Assembly: GCF_001194135.2 (NCBI RefSeq)
Contig: NC_068981.1
Span: forward strand, 87,395,069-87,459,068
DNA from: Octopus bimaculoides
Lineage: Eukaryota
Reading direction: 5' to 3'
DNA: 64,000 bases
Of this stretch, positions 22,702-36,404 are shown piece by piece; the first letter of the stretch is position 1, and every line of letters begins with the position of its first letter. The notes beneath the pieces were generated by a model. It was not told the DNA's origin, ran no database searches, and saw only the letters and a program-made list of their open reading frames with translations. The position numbers were made by a program, and so were the translations under genes.

Positions 22702-23660
22702 GTTTCGTGGCTGTTTCGTAAAGATTCGCATTTGTTATAAGTCTCTTTAATGATCTGTGTTGCTTTTGGCATTTGATTAGTTTATGCGTTTTCAATATGT
22801 TGTTAATTTGGGGATATATATATATATATAAATTAACAACATCCTGAAAACGCATAAACTAATCAAATGCAAAAAAGCAGCACAAATCACTAAAGAGACT
22901 TAAACCACGAAACCAATGGTTAAAAAATGCGGACGCCCAAACTGTGGAACATGTCCCAACCTACTTGAAAGCTCGGATATCCTTTTCAAACAAGGAGAGA
23001 GGTTCGCAGTTAACACCAGTTTCACTTGTGCCTCTGAGAACCTAATTTATGTAATAACCTGCTCGGGTTGTAAACAACACTATATTGGACAGACGAGTAT
23101 GACTTTGAGACGGAGAACCATTCTATATAAAGAGAAGATCCGGTTCCCGCAATACAGACAAATTCCTCTAAGTGAACACATAGAGAAATGTGCAGGTAAC
23201 ATCAAACCAAATTTTACAGTCTTCCCCTTCTACCAGTGCAAGGATACAACTTCTCTACAAGAACGTCTAAATAAACTTTTTTCATCGAAAAATACAGAAC
23301 GCGTCTAAATATACACGCATAACCAGCTTTGATCTCTACATATCTTAATTCATGATTACATCACTGTACATACATCTCCCCACTAAACTAGTTTTCGAAC
23401 TTTTGCGTATATATATATATATATATATTTCTACGCCCCTACTGAAAGCTGAACAGTTATCTCCCCTATCCACAATAATAACGATAACCAATTACCTCCC
23501 CTTAGTTTTTCTACTGTTTGTATCATTCACTCAAAATATCACACACGACATAGACCAAAAAATTTCTTCTTAAGAAAATACGCATCTAAACAATTAAATC
23601 TTAATGTCATGAATAGCGAAAGCGAAACCGGTCGATGGTCGATATATTAAAAATTATATT
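22702..23660 (+). mobile_element. Penelope-like element, 3' part with GIY-YIG endonuclease ORF (22916-23308)
   Basis: KKCGRPNCGTCPNL...FTCASENLIYVITCSGCKQHYIGQT is a PLE-type GIY-YIG with a CxxxxCxxC motif. An inverted repeat lies at the 5' side and a hammerhead-like motif lies downstream. Confidence 0.88.
23604..23637 (+). ncRNA. degenerate minimal hammerhead motif in Penelope pLTR position
   Basis: ATGAATA-GC GAAA GC-GAAA-CCGG-TC|GATG has a palindromic stem III and two substitutions in the core. Confidence 0.55.
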
Positions 23661-23729
23661 AAAACTATGTAAAGTGTGTGCATTTTCCTTCTTTATTTTC
23701 ATATTTATATATATATATATATATTCTTT

Positions 23730-24005
23730 TACCCTTTTACTCTTTTACTTATTTCAGTCATTTGACTGTGGCCATGCTGGAGCACCGCCTTTAGTCGAGC
23801 AAATCGACCCCATGACTTATTCTTTGTAAGCCTAGTACTTATTCTATCAGTCNNNNNNNNNNATCGACCCCATGACTTATTCTTTGTAAGCCTAGTACTT
23901 ATTCTATCAGTCTCTTTTGCTGAACCGCTAAGTTACGGGGACATAAACACACCACCATCGGTTGTCAAATGATGTTGGGGGGCAAACACAGGCACACAAA
24001 CATAT

Positions 24006-24054
<49 letters not shown>

Positions 24055-24210
24055 TACAACCGGCTTCTTTTCAGTTTCCATCTAACAAATCCACTCACGA
24101 GGTTTTGGTCGGCCCAAGGCTATAGTAGAAGACACTTGCCCAAGGTGCCACGCAGTGGGACTGAACCCGGGACCATGTGATTGGTAAGCAAGCTACTTAC
24201 CACACACCCA
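23730..24210 (-). mobile_element. tRNA-derived SINE family C, near full length
   Basis: Reverse complement of GTGTGGTAAGTAGCTTGCTT..GGTTCAGTCCCACTGCGTGGCACCTTGGGCAAGTG. Other copies near 2325, 22150, 52165, 56060 and 59020. Confidence 0.85.
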
Positions 24211-24365
24211 CTCCCACGCCTAAACATAAAGACAGACGAAATGTCACTAAGCATTTCGCCCGGCGCGATAACGTTTCTACCAGCTCATATATGTATGTGT
24301 GTGTGTGTGTGTGTGTTTCTGTCTGTCTGTCTGTATGTATGTATGTGCGTGTGTGTGTGTGTGTA

Positions 24366-24404
<39 letters not shown>

Positions 24405-24419
24405 AAGAGAGAGAGAGAC

Positions 24420-24746
24420 ATACATACGTACGTACATACATACGTACATACATACATACATACATACATACATACATACGTACGTACATACATACATACA
24501 TACATACATACATACATACATACGTACGTACGTACATACGTACGTACATACATACATACATACATACATACATACATACATACATACATACATACGTACA
24601 TACATACATACATACATACATACGTACATACATACATACATACGTACATACATACATACATACATACATACATACATACATACGTACGTACGTACATACA
24701 TACATACATACATACATACATACATACATACATACATACATACATA
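24420..24746. repeat. (TACA)n microsatellite with TACG variant units
   Basis: Seen directly. Confidence 0.97.
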
Positions 24747-27599
24747 CTCACAGCCAACCACATGTTAGGACGAAATCTGTCGCCACCGATATAGGAAAAC
24801 GGTGAATCAATAATCACCTGGTGTTGCGAATAATCATCCAATTGAATAAAAAATCGTTATGTGCAACTGAAATTATACTGGATTAAAATAGATATCTGTG
24901 TATCATAGTAAATGTAAATATATCGTGGAAAGCAAATTTGAAGTGGTATTCATCTGAGGATATCTTTCATGAACGTGCAGTGTTTGAAACAAAATATATC
25001 GGAGGCAAACCAAAATTCCAGCAGTGGCTAGTGAGAACCTTTTCTACTCTAGGCACAAGGCCCGAAATTTGCGGGGAAGGGGTCAGTCGATTAGATCAAC
25101 CCCAATACGCAACTGGTACTTAATTTATCGACCCCGAAAGGATGAAAGGTGTAGTAATATCAGTATATGACAATCTACAATTTTTACAATTGCATGCGAG
25201 AAAGAGAAGTCACTATCTTGTACGTAAAGCAAGAAAAATAAGAACTTTTGAGACGTTCGTAATAAGTCATAACATATTTATTCCTGGCTGTAATGCATTA
25301 ACATATAAGAATGGTTTGAAAGAAAAGGCTTTTAGAATATGAAAAATAAGACATAATAATTATCCTTTTTGCTGTAGGCACAAGGTCTAGAATTTAGGGG
25401 GAAGGAGCTAGTTGACTACATCGATCCCAGTGTTTGACTGTTACTTAATTTATCGACCCCGAAAGGGATGAAAGGCAAAGTGAACCTCCACGAAATTTAA
25501 ACTCGGAACGTAAAGGCAGACGAAGTACCGCTAAGCATTTTGTCCGGTGTGCTAACGATTCTATCAGCTCGACGCCTTATAAGATATAGTAATAATAATA
25601 ATTAGTAATAACAAAGCAAGTATAATGGGATGGGGAATTTCTATGCACAAATCGAAGAAATAAACATATAGGAAGAAAAAAAACTGGATCTTTTCTGTTT
25701 GGCTTTCAGTTCTTTCAATTTCGTTTTGCATTGTTTACATGGACTGAACAGCCATAGTTTGCTTGGGTTATTTTCTTTCTTTTTCTTTTTTTTTTCGGTG
25801 AAGGGTATTTGTTTGCTTTTTTTTTCCATTTGCAATTTAACGTTGTTTGTTTTTTCGTAATTTAACGTTCACATTTCAATTCCTTCAATTTCGTTCCAAT
25901 TGATTTCAAATTTGGTGTATTGATGTACTTTTGTATGCTAATTATAGAAATGAAATTAATTTTTGCCTTAAATTAATAAATAAAAAGTTAATAGCTTTTA
26001 AAATTTGAAAATTTTGGGTAGTTTTAACCAGACATATGGGTGCCTGTTTCCATAGTAACAAGCCAAGCTCTTGTGTAGTCTGCTTACCCGTATGTTGCCA
26101 ACTCGTAACTTTTCGTATACGATGGAGAAATGGAAAACCGAAGAGAATGCGGTTGCTCGAGCAGACCTATGATCAAAAGGAGCATTCTAATACTGAACGC
26201 TCCATAGTTTTAGAGTTATCAAGGACTACCGTAATTTTGTATATCCTTCTTCATTTTATGACTTTGTTTGGGAGGAGATTTGGCTGCCTTTTCCAACAGT
26301 TCGATCGTTACATGAACTGAATTACAGTTTGTTTCTTTGTGATTTCGTGTTCTCGCAACAAAATATATTTACATGGACTGAACAACTACAGTTTGTATGG
26401 TTGGGGGGCCGTTTCCTTTTGTAATTTAACGTTAAGTTTGTCTTTTCGTAATTTAACTATCACTTTCAGTTTCTTTGGGGCGTGGGGATTTTTCGCATTA
26501 TATGCCTGTTCAAACATTTCACGTAATTTTATTCATTAAAACTTATTAAAACTTCCGTCGTTGAATGTTTTGTCGTCGGAATGTTGTCATCACGCACAAA
26601 ATGCCAGCTTCCAAATCTTGTTTTCCCATTGGGTAAAAATTATCGAACTTCAATTTCTGTAACATTTTTCTAAAACTTTTTTGAAACAAATGAATAACAA
26701 ATTTGACAATTTTAACTTTGTTTTAAAATTTCAAAAAATGAAGTCGAACAGAAAAGATCCAAGAAACTATTTTAACGGCATAAAAGAAGCAGACAATATA
26801 TTGTATTAATCGTAGAAGACGACTTTATGAATACAGATTTGTGTGTCAGGTGTAATCAAGAAATATTGTGGGAAACCTGTTACAAATGGGTAACCAATAT
26901 CCTATTGTGGAACGCTGTGATTAGAAGTTTAAACAAACTAAAGCTTAAACTCGGATCTTTATGCGATTTACATCTTCTGAGTATATAGAACGTATTACGC
27001 GTGAAGAGCATTCTGCCTACTAAACACATATACGGTAAAGTTTTGCATATGCAACATAGGCAGTTGAAAACTTCGACTAACTCACATTATCCAAGCAGCT
27101 TATAGACAAAATCCTTTTACTCTTTCTCTGTCTGGCAGTAAAATATATAACCATTATGTTAAAAACCTGACTAGATACGGATGGAAGTGCTATGCGATGA
27201 AATGAAGTATCGTATCTTTTATTTATTTTTTATGAATGACATTAAGTTTTGTACTACAGTTGACAAACAACTAGAAATTTTGTTATATATGCTGCTAAAT
27301 TGGCATGAAATTGGATTTAGAAAATGGGCAATGTTGAAGAACAAAAATTTCAAAAATCATTAATACTACCTTGGATAAAGACAATAGAATTACGCCAAAC
27401 ACAGACATTAGATTAAACCAAGGGACGAAAAATAGTGCAACACACGCACACAAACACAAACAAACACACATACACACACAGACACACACACTGAAAGGAA
27501 AGAAGAGATTAGGGAAAATGTTATAGAAGCATTAGATAAATACTTAAATCAGAGTTAAACGCCCCAAAGTAAGGCAATAGGTATCAAGAAACTCTTTCT

Positions 27600-30500
27600 T
27601 CCAACAATAAGCTACCTTATAATGATGAATTTAAGGCAGTGATGTGTGGGGGGGGGGGGTAATATTTTCAGCGAAGTCATACCCAAAGAATACAAACGAG
27701 AAAAGAATCTAAGACTAGCATGGATTGATTTTTTCACAGTATTCTCCACACTTAGACCTTGGAAACACTTGCCATGAGTAAAGTATCACTAGTAATGAGA
27801 AGATATATAAAACATGTTATGAGAAATGGGCAAACAATTTTGGTGATACAGACAAAAGAAGGAAATATAAAACGAAACCCATCCCCATGAGAAGCGGAAT
27901 ATTCCAAGAAGTCTCCTGGTCTCCATTCCTTTTCTGTTTAGCCAGGGTCATGTCAATCACAGGCTGGCGAAGGCTGCGACCAGAACTACCAAATTAGATT
28001 CAAGAGTGTATTAAACTGCGAGGTGTAAACCCCTTGTGTGGCAACCAGTGCAGTATAACCTTCCTCAGCTAAAGGTAGATAGGCCGTTTTAGGTTTATGT
28101 CAACAACTTATCTAAAGATGGTGTCTCAATGAAAAGAATGATCCGACGCTCAATGAGCGGGAAATATAAATTCTGATGCCAGTCGGGTTATCTCTGTCAC
28201 CTGAAAGGAGGGTGATTTTAGCCATAGATGGCAACCTTCATAGAGATGATGTCTCGATAATTTGGTAGTGTAACCTTAAAATCACTATCAGCGTGAATGA
28301 GATTGGAGTCTTTAGGGGAGGATTCTTGTGCAGTTGGTGTTCTGCAGCACAAAAACAGAACAGGTCGCCATACTTTTACTGCTGCAATACGCAAAGGATT
28401 CTAAGACAAAAAAATCAACACGATAGCATTGGAATGCAGTCAATTGTAATTATTTCTTTTTGTACCCGACGGTACTGTCTAGTTTTTAAATACGCTCACT
28501 GTTTATTCACATTTTACTATATATTATCGTTGTTGTCGTCGTCGTCGTCATCGGGGGAGGGGATGTTATTGTTGAAATTTTTTCATTCACTCTCAGAATA
28601 TTTTCGTCACACCTCTCTCACCTTGTCGTAGGAATACTGATTTCAGCGAAAGAAGCAAAGATTACAGGAAAGAATGCTGTGCATTTGGAATGAAATTTGA
28701 GTATTCAATCTATCACAGAACAAGAGCTTTTAAGCTAAGTATCAATTGTGGGAAATACAATTCTGATTTAGAAATTGAAGAAATAAAGAGAAACATCAAC
28801 CAAAAGTTACAAGACTTGACAGACCAAAGTAAGATGGGTGGCGATAACTCTTCGGGTAATCAGATGAATGAAACTATCGTAGCTAATCTAGAGAATACAA
28901 GTCTTACAATTGAAGCAAGGGCATCCAAGAGCATTCAGTAGAAAAGAAAATTTGATGATAAGAGCCTTAATGACAATGTATTAGTGATCCTTTTAAACTG
29001 AGACAGAAGCTGAAGGAGCTAGAGGTCTCAGAATCAGTTATTTGAGAATATTGGACTGAACCAAGATTAAGGAATGTCAAGAGTGAGCAGTGTGATTGAT
29101 AAGGTTATCTGTGAAAGCATTAGAGACAACAACACGTTGATCTTAGCGGATGCAAATGCATGTGCAGACATGTGTGGAGACAAAGAAAGAACAAGTGAAG
29201 GATCAGCACGTACCTTGATAGAAATGTGGACGTAAATGAAGATTAGCAGCCTTGGGAAAGATAGAAGGTGAACCAGTGGGAGCAAGGTAGATTAAGGATA
29301 GAAGAAGCAAAAGATAGATTAAAGGAAATGTATTACATCAGAAATAAGAGAGAATTGGGACATTTGAAGAGATAAAGCAGAGAATGATGGCAAAAGCTGC
29401 CAATTAATTAGACTGTGCAAAGGAAGAAATAGCCAAACGAATGTTTATTTGATATTTTTGAGAGAAATGGTAACATGATACCAAATGCTAAAGAAAGCAA
29501 ATTATTTTGGGGAGAAATTGGAGTGGGGATGCAAATTACAATAATAAATTACTGTGAATGAAGCTAGTAGAAAATTATATTGGAAATGTCGAGGTACTAT
29601 CACAAAATCAACTATCTGGAAGTCATTGAAAATTGTCGTAAAGTGAAAAGCGACTTAACCAGATGACTGAAAGAGTTTACAAGTCTCTACAAAACCACTA
29701 AATAAGTGCATGTCGTGTGGGGTGCCACTATAGACATTGAAAGTCGATGTTGCTTCTAATTACCAACAAATTACGACTACCACTTACGTAGAAACTAGTA
29801 ACTGGAATAATTGCAGAAGAGATACACTAAGATTTATTTTGGAAACAATTAATGCCTGGTGGAAAACTGTCGAAAATTGGGTAAGATAATAAGCCACCAA
29901 TTAATGATTGATAAGATGATCTTGTGGAATTACAGAGAGATAGAGTGTCATATTTATGAAAGTATGAAGTGATTATAGAAAGATATATAACCAAGTCTCA
30001 CATTCATGGATCAAGCATTACCTAGAGCTGATCAAGATCTCAAAAAAATTTTAATGTCTGCTAGAAAAAGAAACGCAACACTGGAGAGCAGTTTCAACAA
30101 CAGGGTAGGAAAGAATTATAGATTAGAAAAATAATCGTTCAAAGGGATGGTCTCTCATATCTAGTTAGAGATAACACAGTTCCCTTTATCGATTATTCTA
30201 AACAATGCTAAAAAATATATATATACATAGAAAAATAATAGGGAAAAGTTAATCATCTTCTGTTTATAGATGATTTAAAGGTTTGTGATAAATGGTAATG
30301 ACAAGAATCAACTGGATTCTTTAATGCAAACTATCAGAAGGCTTAGCAGTGACATTGGGATGACATTCAGAATCGAGAAATGTGCTATGATAGAAATGAA
30401 GCGTGGAAAAATCATAAAATTACTGAAATAAATCTACTCGATAGTGAGAATATAAAATCCTTAACTGTAGAAGAAGCATATAAACATCTTAGAATATTGG

Positions 30501-30850
30501 AAAGTGATAAAATCAAAAGTCTAGAAATGAAGAAAGTCCTCAGTAAAAAAATATCTTCGCACAATGAAGGTGTTAAAGTATAACTTGAGTGTGATAAATA
30601 TCACACAGACAGTCAGTTTGAGAGCAGTATTACTCTAAGGTATGGAAAGCAGGAATCATGAAGTGGAAAAAAAGACGAATTGCAGGATAACTATAGAAAG
30701 AAAAGAAAGCAACTGACAATGTACAAAAGCATACAACTCTAATCAAATGTGGACAGTTTATATTGGGAAAGAACAGAAAGAAGAGGTGGATTAATAACTG
30801 TTGAAAGGATAATAGAAGAAGAGAAAGAAGTTTAAGTATTCTATCTACAG
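27600..30850 (+). mobile_element. highly decayed R4/Dong-like LINE RT fragments
   Basis: Remnant motifs: SGIFQ..SPFLFCLA (about 27890), INHLLFIDDLK (about 30250), DIGMTFRIEKCA (about 30355), YKHLRILE (about 30480) and NVDSLY..ERRGGL (about 30745). Probably more than one copy. Confidence 0.7.
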
Positions 30851-31189
30851 AAGGTAATAAGTAAAGGGTTGTTTGGGAGTAGTTTTTACTAATTTTCTCT
30901 AGCTAGAAAATACATCCATACTATATTGAACTCTCCACAAAAATAGATGATAATCGCAACATAAACCTAAAATTAACACAAACAGCATAGAAAAAATGCA
31001 CGTATTTTGACCGTTAAAGTAATATGTCTTTATGAATTTGACCTGTTTGCTGCCTTTACCGTCAGAATTTGACCTGCTGTTAAATTCTGGCGGTAAAGTG
31101 TACATAAACAAAAATTTCAACCAGAACTTCATCACACATGAAGGAAGAACTCCCTCTCTGAACTCCTCCAAGTGCTGTCTGTTGCTAGT

Positions 31190-31690
31190 TATTCGTGGCC
31201 ATGTAGGTCCCAGATAGCGAGTGAGATCATCTCTCCATCTTGTCTTTGGTCGGCCTCTTGAGCTTATCTATTGTCTTGGTGTCCATTCCGTCACCCTGAT
31301 TGTCTATCTGTTGTCCTTTAGTCGTGCGATGTAGTCAGCCCATCTATACTTCCTCTTCTTGATAGTTCTAATGACATCATTGACCTTTCATGTGTTGTCG
31401 AATCCAGGCATTTGTTTTCTTGTCCTGCAATGTGATGCTGAGCATGATTTGTTCTATTCTCGTTGATTTACAATTAGGTAGAGTTGAAAGCCCATGTTTC
31501 ACTGACGTAAATCATCACTGGCAGGATATACTCATTGGAGATCTTTCTTCTAATTTTCATGGAAGCCTTGAGACTTCTCGTGGGCTTTTCCACCAGGAGA
31601 GGACTTTCATCTTTCATCACTATCTTTCCCAGGTAAACAATAAAAGAAGCAGTATAGAATCCAACACAACTCTATATCCCAGTGACAATA
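31190..31690 (-). mobile_element. RTE-clade LINE, 3' RT fragment
   Basis: Frameshifted pieces YILPVMIYVSETW, KKTNAWIRQ, KYRWADYIAR and RGRPKTRWRDDL. Confidence 0.78.
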
Positions 31691-31844
31691 CTGAGATGGT
31701 CCTAAAACATTGATAAAAATGAGCTTAGAAATTTATAGTTCCAAACTAATTGCAATGGCCATACACAAAAATACAAAAAAAAAACCCTCAGAAAGATATT
31801 AGATTTGAATATAGTTGTGTTTACAATATAACATATATGCTTAG

Positions 31845-32058
31845 GGCTGCGAGCTGGCACAATCGTTAACACCCCGGGCAAAATACTTAGTGGCATTTCG
31901 TCCATCTTTACAATCTGAGTTCCAGTTCTGCCGAGGTTGGCTTTGCCTTTCATCCTTTCGGGGTTGCTAAAATAAGAACCAGTTGTGCACTGGAATTAAT
32001 GTAATCGACTTACCCGTCCCCTGAACTTGCTGACCTTGTGCCAAAATTTGAAACCAAT
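31845..32058 (+). mobile_element. SINE family B copy
   Basis: Core motif. Confidence 0.8.
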
Positions 32059-32101
32059 ATAGCATATGTGTATGTGTGTAATATATATATATATATTTAT
32101 A

Positions 32102-32320
<219 letters not shown>

Positions 32321-32869
32321 AGATAAATATAGATGTATATATACACGTATACACACACATACATGTATATCATACACACACACACATATATATATACATA
32401 CATATACAGTACATACACATATATATATGCATAAATACACTATATACACGCACATATAAATGATACGAGCTTTTTATTGATTCCTAAAGTCCCTATTTCT
32501 AAGCATTTTCTTGAACTCACCTCATCTCCTTAACAAAACACTTTCACAAAACCCCACACCTTAGCGCACGCTCCCAGTCCAAATTAAGTTGTGATTACAA
32601 TCTATCGGAATTGCCTTTATCTTTTGGGGTTCTAACTCCTTCCATTTTCACTAATTTCTTCATACCCTCTATAAAACAGAATTTTGCATTGGAACTAGAG
32701 CTTTTTTTTTCTCCCTATTTCAGTGTAATAAGCCATATATCTGGCAAAACTTCGAAGTCACTGTCAATAATATATTACACATATCAGATTTTGTATTGAG
32801 TCCTTTATTGATTCATTATTCATTGTTTTTTTATGAATAAGAAACACTTTTTTATGAATAAGGAACATG

Positions 32870-34400
32870 ATGGCCCTTCAAATGAAATCTAAAAGTTCGC
32901 ATGACTATTTACAGAAAGAAGACGGCTCAACTTTCTGGAAATAGTAAATTTAAGCCTTAATTTTTACATTAAGATGATCAGTGAATGTGCTAATGCTGAC
33001 ACAGAGACTGCCACTTATGTTCACGAGGAGCTGAAGAAAACTATTACTGAAGGAAACCATGTACTAGAATCTGTGTATAATGTTGATGAATCTGTACTTT
33101 TCAGAAAGTTCTAGGATATTTATTTATAATGAAGAAAAATCATCACCAAGTTTCAAAGCTTCCAAAAGTTACTTAACGCTTCTTGTGAGAAGAAATATTA
33201 CTGTTGCGAGGAAATTAAAGCCCTTATTTGTATATTACTACGAAAATCCAAAGGTTATTCTCAATTTAAATCCTCTTGTGGTTTTGCTTCAAATATGAAG
33301 TATTGGATGGCAACGAACTTTTCCAAAACTGGTTTACAAACATTTTTTACGTAATGCAAAAAGCCACCAATCTAACGTAAATTATCTTTCTGATAATGTG
33401 AGAGAAATACATCCTGAAGAATACAACTTCTTTGCTCCAGCTAATGTTTTAAACTGTGATCGCTAACATCAAAGCATAACATTTGAAAACTTTGAAACAA
33501 CTAATAAAAGCAATTTGTGGAAAGGATAAATCTACTGTTAATGATTACTATAAAATGTTCAACATTAAAAATCAATGGATAAGAATACTGAATTATAGAA
33601 TGAAGTGAAACCCTCAGCAATGAATGATGCTTGAGAAAAACATATGGCCAAACTGTATTTGTGACTTACTGGTCTTCTACAAATAAATTCTACATGAAGT
33701 TTAGCAGAATATTATAATATTGACAAAGAGAGTAAAAGGTAAAGACCCCCTTCAATCATGAATAACCATGGAATTCACCTAGAAAGCTCCCCCTCCAAGG
33801 CACAAGTCTGGGCAAGGTTGTCTATGGAAGACCAGCAGTCGCCCATGCATACCAGCCTCCCCTCTCCACGCTACCGATGTTATCCAAAGGAAAAGCAAAG
33901 GCCAATACAGCTTGGCACCACTGACGTTGCAACTCATTTATACAGCTGAGTGAACTGGAGCAACGTAAAATAAAGTGTCTTGCTCAAGAGCACAATACAG
34001 AGCACGGTCCGAGAATCGAACTCACAACCTCATGGTTGTGATCCCTACGCTCTAACAAGTGAGCCATGTGCCTTCAGTTTTAGAGAGGTCATGGAAACTC
34101 ATATGGTTAAGTTATTTGGTCTAATAGAAAAAAACTGGGTCGAAATAAAAGCTGAGGACGCTACAACGAAAGCGATTGCAGAGCAAGAGGAGAACATAGA
34201 AGACCCACCAACTCCACTTCAGATGACTGCAAAAAATATGGTTAAAGGTTTAGCACTTATAAAAGAAGGCCTGCGAGTCTTTCCTCATAGCAATCTTAAT
34301 CGAGAAAGTAAAATAAAAATTACAAGAGGATTTCACGAGCTCAATTCTTATACTGAGCAATTACAAAGAGAGGGTATGTCCTAACTGCAAACAACTTTGG
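32870..34400 (+). mobile_element. Tigger/pogo-like transposase remnant interrupted by a SINE
   Basis: VYNVDESVLF, EEKSSPSFKASKSYLTLLV, KLKPLFVYYYENPK and the C-terminal MTAKNMVKGLALIKEGL resemble Tigger DDE_1 transposases. A minus-strand family-D SINE occupies about 33725-34075. Confidence 0.8.
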
Positions 34401-34653
34401 GTGTGCCCTGCACCCAGCAGCATATGCTACTGCTGCTTCTGATGACGACGACGACGGTGGAATCCAAAAAGCTAAAGATATGCCCCATTCCAACCCAGTA
34501 AATGCTATAGCACCATCATCCTACCATACATCATTTGAAAACAGATATGAAGTCTGATGGAAGCTTCTAATATAAGAGATATTAACATCTAGTATTTCAT
34601 ATTTTATATAATAAAGAATCTCGTTAATTCCATTTTCTGTCTTTGATCTATAT

Positions 34654-35003
34654 CAGTGATTCTCAACTGGAGTCCATATGGCCCTTGAGGGTCCATATAA
34701 GATTGGGGGAGGGGGCACATAACAAGATAGTAAATTGGGGATCCACAATAGTATTTTAAAGGCCCCAGAAAAAATTTTGATTTAGATGTATGGTATGTAT
34801 TGCAAGAAACAGATAGGTTGCTTTCTCCAACATTTTTACATTGTTCAATCTACAAAAATTAATGTGTGAAAAACGAAATAGGAACTTTGAAAGAAGTTTC
34901 TATAAAACTAGTTTTTAAACATCGAATAACTATGGGAGTCCACTAGAATAAAATAATAATCAGAGGAGTCCGTAAATAAAAAAAAAATGGTTGAGAATCC
35001 ATG
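34654..35003. mobile_element. hAT-type MITE
   Basis: TIRs CAGTGATTCTCAAC and (rc) CATGGATTCTCAAC. Flanking 8-mers ATCTATAT and AACTATAC match at 6/8. Confidence 0.7.
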
Positions 35004-35340
35004 AACTATACACACACACACACACACATAATATAATATTATATTATATTATATTATATTATACGCACCCACCCAACCACACACAAGTAAAACAGAGGAA
35101 GGCTATGAGATAAAAAGGGGACACACAGGCAAATAAAACATGTGGTGGTAGAATAAGGGTAAGGGTACAAAAATTAAGCGCAGCAATAACACAGAATGGG
35201 TACAGTGAAAATAAACATTTCACATGGAAGAACTAGAAGAGGATATAACGTTTTGGGTTTTACTGATCATCAAAACTGAAGTGAAAGTAAATAGGAGAAA
35301 AAAATAAAAACTACATCAAATTTACGATTGTTTATATTGG

Positions 35341-35417
<77 letters not shown>

Positions 35418-36372
35418 TGATCACCGGTGTTGGCTTGTTTATGTTCTCGAAACTTAGTGGTTCTATAAAAATAGAACCGGCAGAATAACAGGACTTACAA
35501 GTAAGTAATGCCGATATGATTGACTAAAACTCTTCAAGACAGTGCACAAGCAATGACTAAAACAAGTAAAAAAAAAATTTTTTAAGTAAATAAATAAAAG
35601 AATAAAATCAAATTTTTCAAGATTTCAAAATGTACCTTCAGCAAATGGATTTTTAGAGTCTTCAGCCATCGTTAAATTTACCTTTCCTGTGTATGTGTAA
35701 GTGGAAAGCTATGCAAGTTTATACTTATCCCTTTTCTGTTTTCCTGTATATTTCAATGTATTAGCTTCTATCGTTTTCAGTTAGTTCGTACTCAGTGTAA
35801 ATACTGTTTGTTAGTATATTTTATATTTCTATTTGCTATGCTCATTATAAAAACACATAAATATAATTAAAAGATTCTCTTTTCATTAGAATGCATACTT
35901 TTAAATATATTACAAAAACGAATCGATATTTTTTCTATCTTTGATAATTATACATTAGTACACAAACTAAACAGAATGGTGTTTGTGTGTTTATATAATC
36001 ATATGTATACATATATTGTACGTGTGTGTGTTTATTCATATGCATATATATGTGTGTGTGAGTATATGTATATATATATATATACACATACATATTTGTG
36101 TGTTTGTGTACATGTGGTGTGTACGCGTCGTGTCTGTGTGTGTCAAAGAGAGAGAATATGTGTGTAAGTACTTTTGAAGACGGATATATAATTAACTATA
36201 TTATTCGTTTGTAACAGCAGTGAGACTGCCTGTTTGAAACATTTGTTTCTATACAAAACAAATTGAATTAGCCCTATAAAATTTTTAATGTAATTAGGAT
36301 TACACATTTACTGTGAACAATCTCCCGTGGTGAGATCTGTCTGTGTGCGCTTACATGCATACATACATACAT

Positions 36373-36403
<31 letters not shown>

Positions 36404-36404
36404 T

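Noticed and set aside
23802-23912. About 50-bp direct repeat around a 10-N gap
   Set aside because: Assembly overlap artefact.
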